Source of the DNA: a virus
Virus record (IMG/VR): IMGVR_UViG_3300034121_001409
Span: 11,195-75,194 of that record
DNA: 64,000 bases
Strand: one strand, 5' to 3'
Part shown: in pieces, positions 41,625 to 51,091 of the stretch
How the letters are laid out: the number at the start of each line of letters is the position of its first letter
How positions within the stretch are numbered: the stretch's first letter is position 1
Translations under genes and position numbers: made by a program
The notes under the pieces: model-generated
What the model saw: the letters and a program-made list of their open reading frames with translations, nothing else
Database searches by the model: none
What the model was told of the DNA's origin: nothing

Positions 41625-42617
41625 TTAGATGATAAAATTAATGTCTTTTTTTTGAATTAAGTGTATATTTTTAAGTTTTTCGTTTTTTATTAGTATATCG
41701 TTCCCAATCTTCATTCGCTTTGTGTGTTGAAAATTTACAACATCACCGACTTTAGCCTCAGCATTTTCCTCGTCAAAGTCATAGGTTATATACGACTTGT
41801 TTGGTGTTGATATAAAAACCAATGTTCCTAAACCCCATCTCTTGTCTCCCTTCTCATTAAGGTTAAAAATATTCACACTTGTCTCTGTCTCTACAGTTGT
41901 TGGTATATTTTCTATATCGACACCACAGTATCCGTTTATAAAAACAATATCCTCTCCTCTCTCAAAAGCGTAACATAAGTCATACCTGATTAGGTAATAC
42001 TTTTTAGATGTGCTTTCGTCTTCAATTATTAAACCAAGAACTTCTGCATTCTCTATTGACAAATAATGGAAATGAACGATGTCATCTTTTTTAACAAGAA
42101 CCCCATCAGGATTATCCCACTTTATTGTCATGTTTGTCATCTTGGCTATAGTGCTATCTGCATACAACTCTCTCTGAGATATCTCTTTTCCAAAAAACAT
42201 AAGATTGTCCGGTGCTGCAATCACCTTTCCATAGGTCGATGCAAACCTTTCCTTTTGAAATGATTTATCAATAATAAAATTCGTATTACTCTCTGCCGTT
42301 CCTTCCAACTTCTCAACCAAAACATAATTGTATGGAATCTTATATTCTCCATCAACTATCAAACAAACAACCTCTGATTGGTTTATCACTTCGTGTGTTG
42401 AATCATTATACTCTATATCAATTCCTGAGTACCTGTCATAAACAACAACATCACCAACAGAGCAGCAGTCAAATTCACTTTTACTTTCTGACACAGCAAC
42501 AACCAAACCCCTGCTTGTTATTCTTTTAAAATAATGATGCATTTTTAAGGTTAACCTTTCTAATTCAGGGTCGTGCTTAAATGGCTTGATTATTATATTT
42601 CCTTTTGTTGGTTTCAT
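41625..42617 (-). CDS. Tandem three-domain GroES-like protein
   Basis: Three successive Cpn10-like units of about 90-130 aa (GLVVAV...VGDVVVY; GKVIAAP...KKDDIVHF; GTLVFI...KVGDVVNF). Confidence 0.65.
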   Translation of the reverse strand: MKPTKGNIIIKPFKHDPELERLTLKMHHYFKRITSRGLVVAVSESKSEFDCCSVGDVVVYDRYSGIDIEYNDSTHEVINQSEVVCLIVDGEYKIPYNYVLVEKLEGTAESNTNFIIDKSFQKERFASTYGKVIAAPDNLMFFGKEISQRELYADSTIAKMTNMTIKWDNPDGVLVKKDDIVHFHYLSIENAEVLGLIIEDESTSKKYYLIRYDLCYAFERGEDIVFINGYCGVDIENIPTTVETETSVNIFNLNEKGDKRWGLGTLVFISTPNKSYITYDFDEENAEAKVGDVVNFQHTKRMKIGNDILIKNEKLKNIHLIQKKDINFII

Positions 42618-43252
42618 AATTCAGATTGGTTGAAAGTCGAGCCGGAGCTAAACTTTTCTTTTGTTGGTTTTTCTTTTGTAGAAGTCAACTTGTTATAAAA
42701 ATGTTCCTTAAACTTATCATACGTAAGGTTTTTTGTTTTTAATGATGAATGATACTCTTTTACCTCTGATAATGATTTATCTATTTTGTATGATGAATAC
42801 TGTAATTTTAATCCATCCATTATCTCATCCCATTTTAACTGCAAAGAAAATTTTTCAATTTTTTCTTTATATTTATTATTAGATAAGTCTTTTATTAAAT
42901 CAGTATTTAATTGTGTGCGTTTTACCGTTGACGGTTTTACCGTTGACGGCTTTTCAGTAAACGGTGATTCGAAAAACGTATATTCATTCTCAGAAAACTT
43001 TCCGGATTCCCCTCTCACTTTTGCTATAGAGCAATATCCTTTTTCAATCAATTCTTTTATTGTGTTTTTAACAGCATCTCTTCCTTCTGTGGTGATAGCC
43101 AATAATCCATTTACAGATAATTGCCATCCAACAGGAAAGGATAATACTAATGTAAATAACCCTTTTGCTCTTAAAGATAAGTTTGGGTCTTTTAAATAAA
43201 CATTCGAAACTACTGTGTAATTTGTTTCCCTTTTGACTCTTATTATTTCCAT
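42614..43252 (-). CDS. Phage replication initiator (winged-helix, O/DnaD-N-like)
   Basis: NYTVVSN..LKDPNLSLRAKGL...W......L...EG.DAV...KEL...GY motif; internal direct repeats. Confidence 0.7.
   Translation of the reverse strand: MEIIRVKRETNYTVVSNVYLKDPNLSLRAKGLFTLVLSFPVGWQLSVNGLLAITTEGRDAVKNTIKELIEKGYCSIAKVRGESGKFSENEYTFFESPFTEKPSTVKPSTVKRTQLNTDLIKDLSNNKYKEKIEKFSLQLKWDEIMDGLKLQYSSYKIDKSLSEVKEYHSSLKTKNLTYDKFKEHFYNKLTSTKEKPTKEKFSSGSTFNQSEL
42919..42965. repeat. Iteron-like 15-bp tandem repeats inside the initiator gene
   Basis: GTTTTACCGTTGACG twice (42919-42948) plus a degenerate third copy, next to an AT-rich tract (~42840-42910). Confidence 0.6.
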
Positions 43253-43364
43253 ATTTTATTTTAAAACAATACCGCCCAAGACTACTCGGATATTACAGGT
43301 ATCCTCATTGAAAAGGGCGATAGATTTTTTATATTTTTTAGTATCCTGTAAATACATAACTCTG

Positions 43365-43372
43365 CAAATATA
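43365..43372 (-). promoter_or_regulatory. -7 box (TATATTTG) for the rep-groES3-groEL-groES operon
   Basis: Exact TAnnTTTG about 110 nt upstream of ATG 43252. Confidence 0.6.
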
Positions 43373-43389
43373 CACTTTATTTTCAAAAA

Positions 43390-43635
43390 TCAATGCTCCG
43401 GCAAAACTCTTACCTTTGCACCGACAGCCTGAGCCACTCTCACAAGGGTATCCATATTCGGGTTACTATGCATATTAAACAGCAAACTTAAGGAGACTTC
43501 AGATATCCCTGTCATCTTATTCAGCTTTCTCTGATTAATTTTTTTTGCCTTCATTATGGTCTTTATGTCGCTCAAAATCACAAACTTATCATCCTGAGTG
43601 TCGGGTTTTTTAATTTTATTTATAAATTTTTCCAT
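43390..43635 (-). CDS. XRE-family HTH transcriptional regulator
   Basis: KKINQRKLNKMTGISEVSLS...NPNMDTLVRVAQAVG. Confidence 0.85.
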   Translation of the reverse strand: MEKFINKIKKPDTQDDKFVILSDIKTIMKAKKINQRKLNKMTGISEVSLSLLFNMHSNPNMDTLVRVAQAVGAKVRVLPEH

Positions 43636-43665
43636 TTTTTTTATACTACTAATTAAAATTCTGTT

Positions 43666-43673
43666 TACATTTG
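43666..43673 (+). promoter_or_regulatory. -7 box (TACATTTG) for the recombinase-replication operon
   Basis: Exact TAnnTTTG in the divergent XRE/integrase gap. Confidence 0.6.
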
Positions 43674-43705
43674 CAAACGTAATACTTATCCTTTAATAAA
43701 ACAAT

Positions 43706-44668
43706 ATGCATACTGAAATTATTCCTGAATCAAAAACTACAGCAAAGGTTATCTATCTTGACGCTGTTCCAAAGAGAAGACAATACCTATTAGAAAAAGC
43801 TACAACATTCTGTGAATGGAAGCAGGTTAAGTCTACCACAAGAGCAAACTACATTTCAATTATCACAGGATTTTTATCGAGAACAACTGAGCCGCTTAAT
43901 TGGCTTATGGTTCAGGATTACCTAAATATTCTTAGTGAAGAAAAATCCAAATCTACAGCTTGGATACAATCCAATGTGATAAAATCTTTTTTAGAATATT
44001 TGGAAGTTCAGTGTGATATTCAAAACGATGGTTGGAGAAAGGTTAACATAAAGAAATTTAATTACACCGGAGGCAACAAGGAATTTATAGAAGACAAATA
44101 CTTTAAGGAGGTGTACAAGATGTTTGACTTTTCTAATATGTCTGATATTCGTGATTATACTGTCTTGAAAGTTTTGCAATCAACAGGCATGAGATTATCT
44201 GAGCCTTACAACATCCGGATTAAAGATATAAAAAAAATACACGACAGCAATGCGAATCCTGTGTATGTTGTTGACTCCATTCAGAAGGGTGGTCATCGCA
44301 TGGTTGTGAAACTTCAGGCAGGAACTTTGGATGCGATAAAATTTTATCTGTCACTCAGAGGAACTTATGATAAGGATGATTATTTATTTATAGAGCATAA
44401 GTTTAAATTTAGAAAACTATACAGACCATTAAACTCATCTGTCTTCTATAAAAAAATAACACAGATGTTTAAGGATGCCGGATGCGAGAATTTTACCACT
44501 CATGCTATCCGTTATACAGCCGCTATAAAAACACTTGAAATAACCGGAGACGAAGCGATGGCTTCCCGAAAGCTGAATCATATATCCCCTAAGACTATTC
44601 AGTATTACACAAAAGGGTATCGTGAGAATATAAATGCAATCAATGACATTAACATCGAAATAAATTAG
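43706..44668 (+). CDS. Tyrosine recombinase (Xer/integrase family)
   Basis: Complete catalytic set: TGMRLSE (R), QKGG (K), HAIRY (HxxR), LNH (H), TIQYY (Y). Confidence 0.9.
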   Translation: MHTEIIPESKTTAKVIYLDAVPKRRQYLLEKATTFCEWKQVKSTTRANYISIITGFLSRTTEPLNWLMVQDYLNILSEEKSKSTAWIQSNVIKSFLEYLEVQCDIQNDGWRKVNIKKFNYTGGNKEFIEDKYFKEVYKMFDFSNMSDIRDYTVLKVLQSTGMRLSEPYNIRIKDIKKIHDSNANPVYVVDSIQKGGHRMVVKLQAGTLDAIKFYLSLRGTYDKDDYLFIEHKFKFRKLYRPLNSSVFYKKITQMFKDAGCENFTTHAIRYTAAIKTLEITGDEAMASRKLNHISPKTIQYYTKGYRENINAINDINIEIN

Positions 44669-44669
44669 T

Positions 44670-46073
44670 ATGGCAAACAATCAATTCTTAGAACACTCCA
44701 TATTGGGTACTATGCTCAATAACACATCTGCAATGATTATAGGATTGCAGAAAATTAATACACATGAAATTTTCAGCGATGATGTTTCTCAGTTGTGCTA
44801 CAAAAATATACAGGAGATGTTTTTATCTCAGGTGGAGGTAGACGCATTCTCGTTCAAGGAATACCTTACTAAGAAGAAAATGTTTTCGAGAGTAGGTGAC
44901 GTTACTTACAAATCAATTTTTGCGCATAACCTTACGATGCCTAATTTCGAACAGAAGCTGCGCTCTCTGAGAGATAATTACATCTACAGGGTTCAGGTAC
45001 AGACAGCGAATGATATCTTATCAAAAGCAGCTACAGGTTCTATTCCTCCGGCAGAACTTGCGTTGGAAGCTATCTCTGCTATTGAGGCTACTTTATCAGC
45101 AGATAAATCAGACAGCACACAAGCTATAGGGTCTCTTTTGTTTCAACTGAATAAGCAAATGAAGAATCCTTCTGCAAAGAAAAATTATGTAACAACAGGC
45201 TATTCTGAGCTTGACGAGTTTGTGAAGTTTCAGGAAGGAGACTTGGTTGTTCTTGCTGCCCGACCATCTATGGGAAAAACAGCATTGCTTCTTGAGATAG
45301 CGAGAAGGCAGTCATTTTTAAACAACATTCCGGTAGCCATATTTTCATTAGAGATGGATGCAATGAGATACACTAAGCGTATAGCTGCTCGTTCTTTAAA
45401 GGTTAACTCTTCTGTTTTCGATGAAGATTTTAAAGACAAAACCATTGAGAATGAATACAACTCATTAGTAACTAAATTTGCAAACTCTCCATTCTACATA
45501 GAGGATGACCCTTCTATTACTGTAAATGCTTTATTTGCAAAAATCATAGTTCTTGCTGTATCAAAAAAAATCAGAACATTTGCTATTGACCACATGGGTC
45601 TTGTTAAGTTATTGTTTGATAAGAACAAAAACAAAACCGATGCTATTGGAGAGCTTACAAGTGGATTAAAAATGTTGGCAAGGAAACTTAGGGTCACTAT
45701 AGTGGTTCTGAGCCAATTAAACCGAGCAGTAGAACAAAGACCTGTGCCAAGACCTATGCTTTCAGACCTTCGTGACTCCGGCTCTATTGAACAGGATGCG
45801 GATATTGTTATGTTTTTATACCGTACCGATTACTATCCTCAGACAAAATTTGAAGCTAAATCTACAGAGAAGCAGTTTGAGCATTTTAATGGCAAGTATG
45901 CGCTTCGTCATTATACAGAACATGGAGAGCTTCGTGTGGTTGATGTTTCAGGAACCTGTGAGGTTATTGTTGCCAAAAACCGAGATGGCAAAACAGGTAA
46001 ATTATATTTTGATTTCAAGAAGACCTTTGGTGGTTTTTATTACAACGAATCTATTTCATCACTTTTAAAATAA
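44670..46073 (+). CDS. dnaB: Replicative helicase DnaB
   Basis: AARPSMGKT, FSLEM, LSQLNR, DLRDSGSIEQDAD and KNRDG motifs. Confidence 0.95.
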   Translation: MANNQFLEHSILGTMLNNTSAMIIGLQKINTHEIFSDDVSQLCYKNIQEMFLSQVEVDAFSFKEYLTKKKMFSRVGDVTYKSIFAHNLTMPNFEQKLRSLRDNYIYRVQVQTANDILSKAATGSIPPAELALEAISAIEATLSADKSDSTQAIGSLLFQLNKQMKNPSAKKNYVTTGYSELDEFVKFQEGDLVVLAARPSMGKTALLLEIARRQSFLNNIPVAIFSLEMDAMRYTKRIAARSLKVNSSVFDEDFKDKTIENEYNSLVTKFANSPFYIEDDPSITVNALFAKIIVLAVSKKIRTFAIDHMGLVKLLFDKNKNKTDAIGELTSGLKMLARKLRVTIVVLSQLNRAVEQRPVPRPMLSDLRDSGSIEQDADIVMFLYRTDYYPQTKFEAKSTEKQFEHFNGKYALRHYTEHGELRVVDVSGTCEVIVAKNRDGKTGKLYFDFKKTFGGFYYNESISSLLK

Positions 46074-46078
46074 CAACA

Positions 46079-47245
46079 ATGAATTTCGAAAAGGAAGTTT
46101 ACAACAAGGAGCGTGGTGTGTTCGTAGAACGCATTCCGGAGCATTCAGATGCTTGGCACGACAGAAGGATAAAAGGAATCGGTGCATCAGACATCGGTAG
46201 AATTTTAGGTCTTAATGATTACGAAGGCGGTAGCTGTATAGAAATCTTCCAAGAGAAGATTGGATTACGCCCTGCTTTCAGAGAGGGCAACAAGTTTACA
46301 TTTTGGGGTCACAAACAGGAGCAGCTTATTGCGGATGCTTGGAAGTTTTACGATGGCACAGAAGATGGTTACATTAAAAATGAAGCGGAAGATAAAAAAC
46401 AACGTGATTGCAGAAATGTGTCAGGATTCTTCTCCAATGCCAAGTATCCACATTTGTTCACAAATCTTGACCGGATGATAAACAAGGGTGGCTTCAGGCT
46501 TGATGACGGTAGTATCCTTTCTGACAATGCTATATTGGAAGTAAAGACAGCTTCATTTAATGTTGCAAAAAAATGGGAGGGCGGTATAGACCCTGCTTAC
46601 GTTATGCAGGTGCAGCAGCAGATGATGATAATGGGTCTTGAATATGCGGAGATTGCTTTATTGGAATTAGACCGCAGAAACTTAAAGGTTTTCCCTATGG
46701 CTTTATCTCCAAACTTGGTAAATCAGATTGAAGAGGAGTCTTATACCTTTTGGTACAAGATGGTTGAACCTGCTAAGGCATTGGCGCAGGAATATTTATT
46801 GGAAAACGAAAGAGGTAATTTTGATAAGACTCAGAAAATTATGGCAGAGATTCAAAAACTTGAGCCTTCTGCTGACGCATCTGAGAGATACAAAGATTTC
46901 ATGAACGAAAGATGGTTATCTGAACCTAATATCCTAAAGGCTTCACCGGAGATTATTCAAAATATTATTGAGCTTAAATACTTCAAAGAAGTTGAAGCGG
47001 CAATAAAACCTGAATCGACACTTCGTGAGAACAGGATACGTGAGTTTTTTGGTGATGCAGTTTCTGAGTTATCAGGTAGAACACCGGATACCTTAGATTG
47101 CGAAGAGTATGGCAAGGTAACTTGGAAGACTCAGGGTGCAGAAGGCAAAACTAAAGTTCTGCGTACACAGGGTTTTAAAGCGGATGTTTCCGAGCTTGTA
47201 GAATCTGTAAAAAATACAGTAATCGCTAAATCACCACAGGTATGA
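46079..47245 (+). CDS. YqaJ/lambda-exonuclease family nuclease
   Basis: W...R..GIGASD, GH..E, NLDR, LEVKT and YVMQVQQQM motifs. Confidence 0.88.
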   Translation: MNFEKEVYNKERGVFVERIPEHSDAWHDRRIKGIGASDIGRILGLNDYEGGSCIEIFQEKIGLRPAFREGNKFTFWGHKQEQLIADAWKFYDGTEDGYIKNEAEDKKQRDCRNVSGFFSNAKYPHLFTNLDRMINKGGFRLDDGSILSDNAILEVKTASFNVAKKWEGGIDPAYVMQVQQQMMIMGLEYAEIALLELDRRNLKVFPMALSPNLVNQIEEESYTFWYKMVEPAKALAQEYLLENERGNFDKTQKIMAEIQKLEPSADASERYKDFMNERWLSEPNILKASPEIIQNIIELKYFKEVEAAIKPESTLRENRIREFFGDAVSELSGRTPDTLDCEEYGKVTWKTQGAEGKTKVLRTQGFKADVSELVESVKNTVIAKSPQV

Positions 47246-47949
47246 AAGGAGTGATATATCTTGATATAGAGACTGCTCCAAAGGTTCAGTTCTATGCAGA
47301 TGCAGACGATTACACAAAGGAATATTTTGAGAAGAAATTTTCAGAGTCTAATCTTACAGAAAAAATGACGGTTGCTGAGTTTTACGAAAAGAAGGTTTCA
47401 TTGTACGCTGAATTTTCAAAGATTGTATGCTTGGTTCTTGCCACACATATAGCAGACAATACTTTTAAATTTAAGGTGCTGTATTCAGACAAAGACAATG
47501 CAGTTTTTTCTGAGACAACTTTACTTACAGCTTTCGCTGAGATTCTGAAAAAATCATCCGGTGTTCTTTGCGGTCACAACATTAAAGGTTTTGACATACC
47601 GTTCCTATGTAAAAGATTTTTAGCAAATGGTCTTGAAGTACCTTCTGCATTAAATCCATACGGAAAGAAGCAGTGGGATATAAACCACATTGACACAATG
47701 GAGGCAGCTAAATTTGGCAATTTTCAGGGTGCAACAACTTTGGATAACCTATGTCATCTTCTTGGTATAAAATCTCCAAAGGGTGATATGGATGGCTCTA
47801 TGGTTTCACAGGTGTATCACAACTCCGGTGAGGATGGATTAAACAAGATAGCCAATTACTGTGTAAAAGATGTGGAGGCTGCTGTATTGGTTGCAGACAG
47901 GCTTGTTGGAGGAAATAAATTAAATAACAAAATTAAAATCACATTCTAA
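47242..47949 (+). CDS. Stand-alone PolB-type 3'-5' exonuclease (DEDDy)
   Basis: LDIET, GHNIKGFDIPF and YCVKDV motifs. Confidence 0.85.
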   Translation: MKGVIYLDIETAPKVQFYADADDYTKEYFEKKFSESNLTEKMTVAEFYEKKVSLYAEFSKIVCLVLATHIADNTFKFKVLYSDKDNAVFSETTLLTAFAEILKKSSGVLCGHNIKGFDIPFLCKRFLANGLEVPSALNPYGKKQWDINHIDTMEAAKFGNFQGATTLDNLCHLLGIKSPKGDMDGSMVSQVYHNSGEDGLNKIANYCVKDVEAAVLVADRLVGGNKLNNKIKITF

Positions 47950-48494
47950 TGGAACAGGAAAAAAAATATATCGGAATTGATGTAGGGAAAAACGGTTCAA
48001 TTGTTGTTATAAATGCTGACAACTCAATAAATTGTTTTCCAATACCATTGATAGGAAAAACAAAACCAACGATTGATTTACATAGCATGAGGGAGCTATT
48101 TAAGAGTTTTAGTTATTATAAATCGCATATTGTGATAGAAGATGTTCACGCTCTATTTGGCAGTGCTGCATCCGCTACTTTCTCCTTTGGTTTCGTTGCC
48201 GGAGTTATAGAAACTTTCTGTGTGGCAAATAGTTTGTCATACACAAAAGTAGCTCCTAAGAAATGGCAGGAAGAAATGTTCGCAGGTGTGCCTGTGCAGT
48301 ACAAGCCATTAAAGAAGAGTGACAAGCCGAACTATAAACCTAAGTTAATGAAGGATACAAAAGCTATGGCTCTTATGGCGGTAAAAAGATTGTTCCCTAA
48401 TCAGAAATTAACCTTTGGTGAACGAGCAACAGTTCCTCACGATGGATTGGTGGATGCATTACTTATGGCAGAATACTCACGAAGAAATTATTAA
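47949..48494 (+). CDS. RuvC-like Holliday junction resolvase
   Basis: IGIDVG, IE.V, FSFG, P.KWQ and HDGLVDALL motifs. Confidence 0.85.
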   Translation: MEQEKKYIGIDVGKNGSIVVINADNSINCFPIPLIGKTKPTIDLHSMRELFKSFSYYKSHIVIEDVHALFGSAASATFSFGFVAGVIETFCVANSLSYTKVAPKKWQEEMFAGVPVQYKPLKKSDKPNYKPKLMKDTKAMALMAVKRLFPNQKLTFGERATVPHDGLVDALLMAEYSRRNY

Positions 48495-48510
48495 CAAGTA
48501 AAATACGAAA

Positions 48511-48759
48511 ATGGAAAACGAAGAAAAAGAAAAAAGACATCAGGACTTTGCTCAGGGTGTAAGGGTTAAAACGATAAAAGGAAAGCATGGGGATTTCCAA
48601 CTACTGAAGATTGATGTAGAAGATTTTACTGCATGGGCAGAGAAGAATAAAAACGAGTTTGGGAATGTCAGCATAGCTCTGTACAAAAGGAGGGTTGTTG
48701 ATGAATATCTGAACTCACACAATCCGGTTAAATTCATTGAAAAAACAATAACACCATAA
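48511..48759 (+). CDS. Small hypothetical protein (possible ssDNA-binding family)
   Basis: Within the replication operon; resembles 51092..51325. Confidence 0.5.
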   Translation: MENEEKEKRHQDFAQGVRVKTIKGKHGDFQLLKIDVEDFTAWAEKNKNEFGNVSIALYKRRVVDEYLNSHNPVKFIEKTITP

Positions 48760-48761
48760 TT

Positions 48762-50471
48762 ATGCGAATATCTAAGGATACAATACAGAGTGCTTCTCAG
48801 GTTAACATCTACGATGCCCTGAGTCCTGTTCTTCCATTGAAGAAGATGGGTAATTTATATAAATGCAGATGTCCTTTCCATAATGAGAAATCAGCATCCT
48901 TTACCGTTAATCCGGAGCGCAACATTTACAAATGCTTCGGATGCGGAAAGGGAGGCGATGCCATCACATTCTTTATGGAACATGAGGGGTTTACCTTTCC
49001 TGAGTCCGTAAAGTATGTGTGTGAGCAGAACAAGATTCCTTTCGTAACAGACACCGATGGCGATGAGCAAGATGCTGTACAACAGAGAACATCAAAGATT
49101 CTTGAAATAAACAGGGTAACCTTAGATTTCTTTAAATCTTTAATGAAGGGCAGCAAGTCTTACACTCAAGCAACAGGCAGGGGTTATTCGGATGAAACCA
49201 TAACCAAGTGGGAGCTTGGTCACAGCTCTGCTCTGTTTACAAAACTTTACAAACATTTACAGGGCTTAAACTACAGCGATAGCGATATCTTTCTCTCCGG
49301 TGTAGTAAAACAGAAGGAAGATGGTGGTGCTTATGATGCATTCAGAGACAGGTGGATATTTCCGATACACAACGTATTCGGTAAGATTATTGGCTTTAGC
49401 GGCAGAAGGCTTCTTGAGACAACAAATCCAAAATACATCAACAGCTCAGAGACCGCAGTGTTCAAAAAATCAAATGAACTATTCGGGTTGTTCTTTGCCA
49501 AGAAGAGCATTATAGAGCATGACAACGCTATATTGGTAGAAGGAGCCACAGATGTTATTTCTATGCACCAAGCAGGTATATGCAACACCGTTGCAACTTT
49601 AGGTACAGCATTTTCTGCGTCTCATGCTAAAATCATCAAGCGGTACACAGACAATGTTACCTCTCTTTTCGATGGAGACCAAGCCGGATTGAAGGCTACC
49701 TTTAAATCATGCGAGGAGCTACTGAAGGAAGGTCTTATGGTTTACATCTGTCCACTTCCGGAAGGTAAAGACCCTGACCAATGTATCAGGGAAATGGGTG
49801 ATGCAGAATTTAAGGATTACATTTCTGCCAACAGAAAGGAGTTTATAGAATACAGAACTTCACTTTTAAGTGAATCTGTAAACGAGAAAGCAAAGGTGGC
49901 AAAGGAATTGTACCGGATGATAAACCTGCATCCTGACCGGATAGTGCGCAACGTTCTGCTTTCTGATTACAACAAGAAGTTCGGCTTTAAATTGGAATCC
50001 TACACAGCTACTAAAACTCAGGAGGAGTCAGAATCTCTTCCTATGGAATTTCACATCCTCAGAGTGATGCTGCTTTATGGTCAGGAGTATGACGTTCATT
50101 CTTATTTTAAACACACAGAGCAGAGAAATTATGTGTACTATTTTAAGAACATGGACTACCTTAAGTTATTCACCTTTATGATGGATAATCAGAATCTCAG
50201 TATAACAGAAATTCTGCACAATGAAGACCAAGAGATAGCAGATACAGCCTCCGGAATCCTGAACACAAAATTTGATGTATCAGACAATCCGGTGTACGAT
50301 ATAATGAGCTGTTTTTTTGAAGCAGACAGACAGGTAATAGAAAAACTTGAGCAGGAGCTTTGGGAAAAAGGTTTAAATAAAAACTTTAAAAGCACCATGT
50401 CCTTAATTGCTCTGCATAAGGAAGATATTCAAAATAATATTATGAACAATATAAATAAAGCAACATCATGA
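48762..50471 (+). CDS. dnaG: DNA primase DnaG
   Basis: CPFH...C..C zinc finger, KYINSSET, VEGATDV, FDGDQAG and KDPD motifs. Confidence 0.95.
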   Translation: MRISKDTIQSASQVNIYDALSPVLPLKKMGNLYKCRCPFHNEKSASFTVNPERNIYKCFGCGKGGDAITFFMEHEGFTFPESVKYVCEQNKIPFVTDTDGDEQDAVQQRTSKILEINRVTLDFFKSLMKGSKSYTQATGRGYSDETITKWELGHSSALFTKLYKHLQGLNYSDSDIFLSGVVKQKEDGGAYDAFRDRWIFPIHNVFGKIIGFSGRRLLETTNPKYINSSETAVFKKSNELFGLFFAKKSIIEHDNAILVEGATDVISMHQAGICNTVATLGTAFSASHAKIIKRYTDNVTSLFDGDQAGLKATFKSCEELLKEGLMVYICPLPEGKDPDQCIREMGDAEFKDYISANRKEFIEYRTSLLSESVNEKAKVAKELYRMINLHPDRIVRNVLLSDYNKKFGFKLESYTATKTQEESESLPMEFHILRVMLLYGQEYDVHSYFKHTEQRNYVYYFKNMDYLKLFTFMMDNQNLSITEILHNEDQEIADTASGILNTKFDVSDNPVYDIMSCFFEADRQVIEKLEQELWEKGLNKNFKSTMSLIALHKEDIQNNIMNNINKATS

Positions 50472-50851
50472 CACCAAAACAATTATCAGTATTCGGAGAT
50501 GAGCAGGAATTTATTCCTGAAAACTTAAAACCGTACCCTCCTACATTCTACAACACCATCCATCTCGAAGGAGAAGAAAAGGAAAAGGTGGAGGCGAAAT
50601 TCAGCAAACAGGAATTGGAAATAATTTCTGTATTCAAAAGGGTTAAAACAATCCTAACGCCATTCGATGTGCAAAAGCACTATGAAGAGAATAATCCGGC
50701 TGTGCCAATCACAAGCATCCGAAGAGCCATGACTAATCTTACTGAAAAAGGCATACTTGAGAAGATGCCAAAAGAGCATGGGATGAAAGACGGCTTGTAC
50801 GGAAAGCCAAACCATTATTGGAAACTTATTGTAAACAACCAAATCAAATGA
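50468..50851 (+). CDS. Winged-helix-like hypothetical protein
   Basis: LTPFDV...PITSIRRAMTNL...G.YGKP motif pattern. Confidence 0.5.
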   Translation: MTPKQLSVFGDEQEFIPENLKPYPPTFYNTIHLEGEEKEKVEAKFSKQELEIISVFKRVKTILTPFDVQKHYEENNPAVPITSIRRAMTNLTEKGILEKMPKEHGMKDGLYGKPNHYWKLIVNNQIK

Positions 50852-51090
50852 CTAATCAACACATCTTTATGGGCGTACTGATTTTTATAACAGTATTCCT
50901 GACTCTCGGATTCATCGAGAAAACGGTATTCGGCATAATAGCCGAGTACATGAACCGGACAGAAATCAACGGCAGCAGATTGATTTTTAAGAAGGTAGAA
51001 CAGCACGAAAAAGGTCGTTTATACCTGACCTTTTTAGTACCTTTGCTGTGGACAATAATTTATTTTTATCACCAATATCTAAATCGCTAA
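50848..51090 (+). CDS. Small membrane protein (start probably MTNQH rather than 50818)
   Basis: Two hydrophobic segments; ATGA overlap with the upstream gene. Confidence 0.55.
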   Translation: MTNQHIFMGVLIFITVFLTLGFIEKTVFGIIAEYMNRTEINGSRLIFKKVEQHEKGRLYLTFLVPLLWTIIYFYHQYLNR

Positions 51091-51091
51091 A

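Noticed and set aside
5533-42529. Numerous 60-130 aa plus-strand ORFs in the track
   Set aside because: Antisense shadows of long minus-strand genes with clear motifs.
36963-50471. Introns or inteins in terL, dnaB or dnaG
   Set aside because: Sizes are normal, motifs are contiguous and no intein or homing-endonuclease signature was seen.
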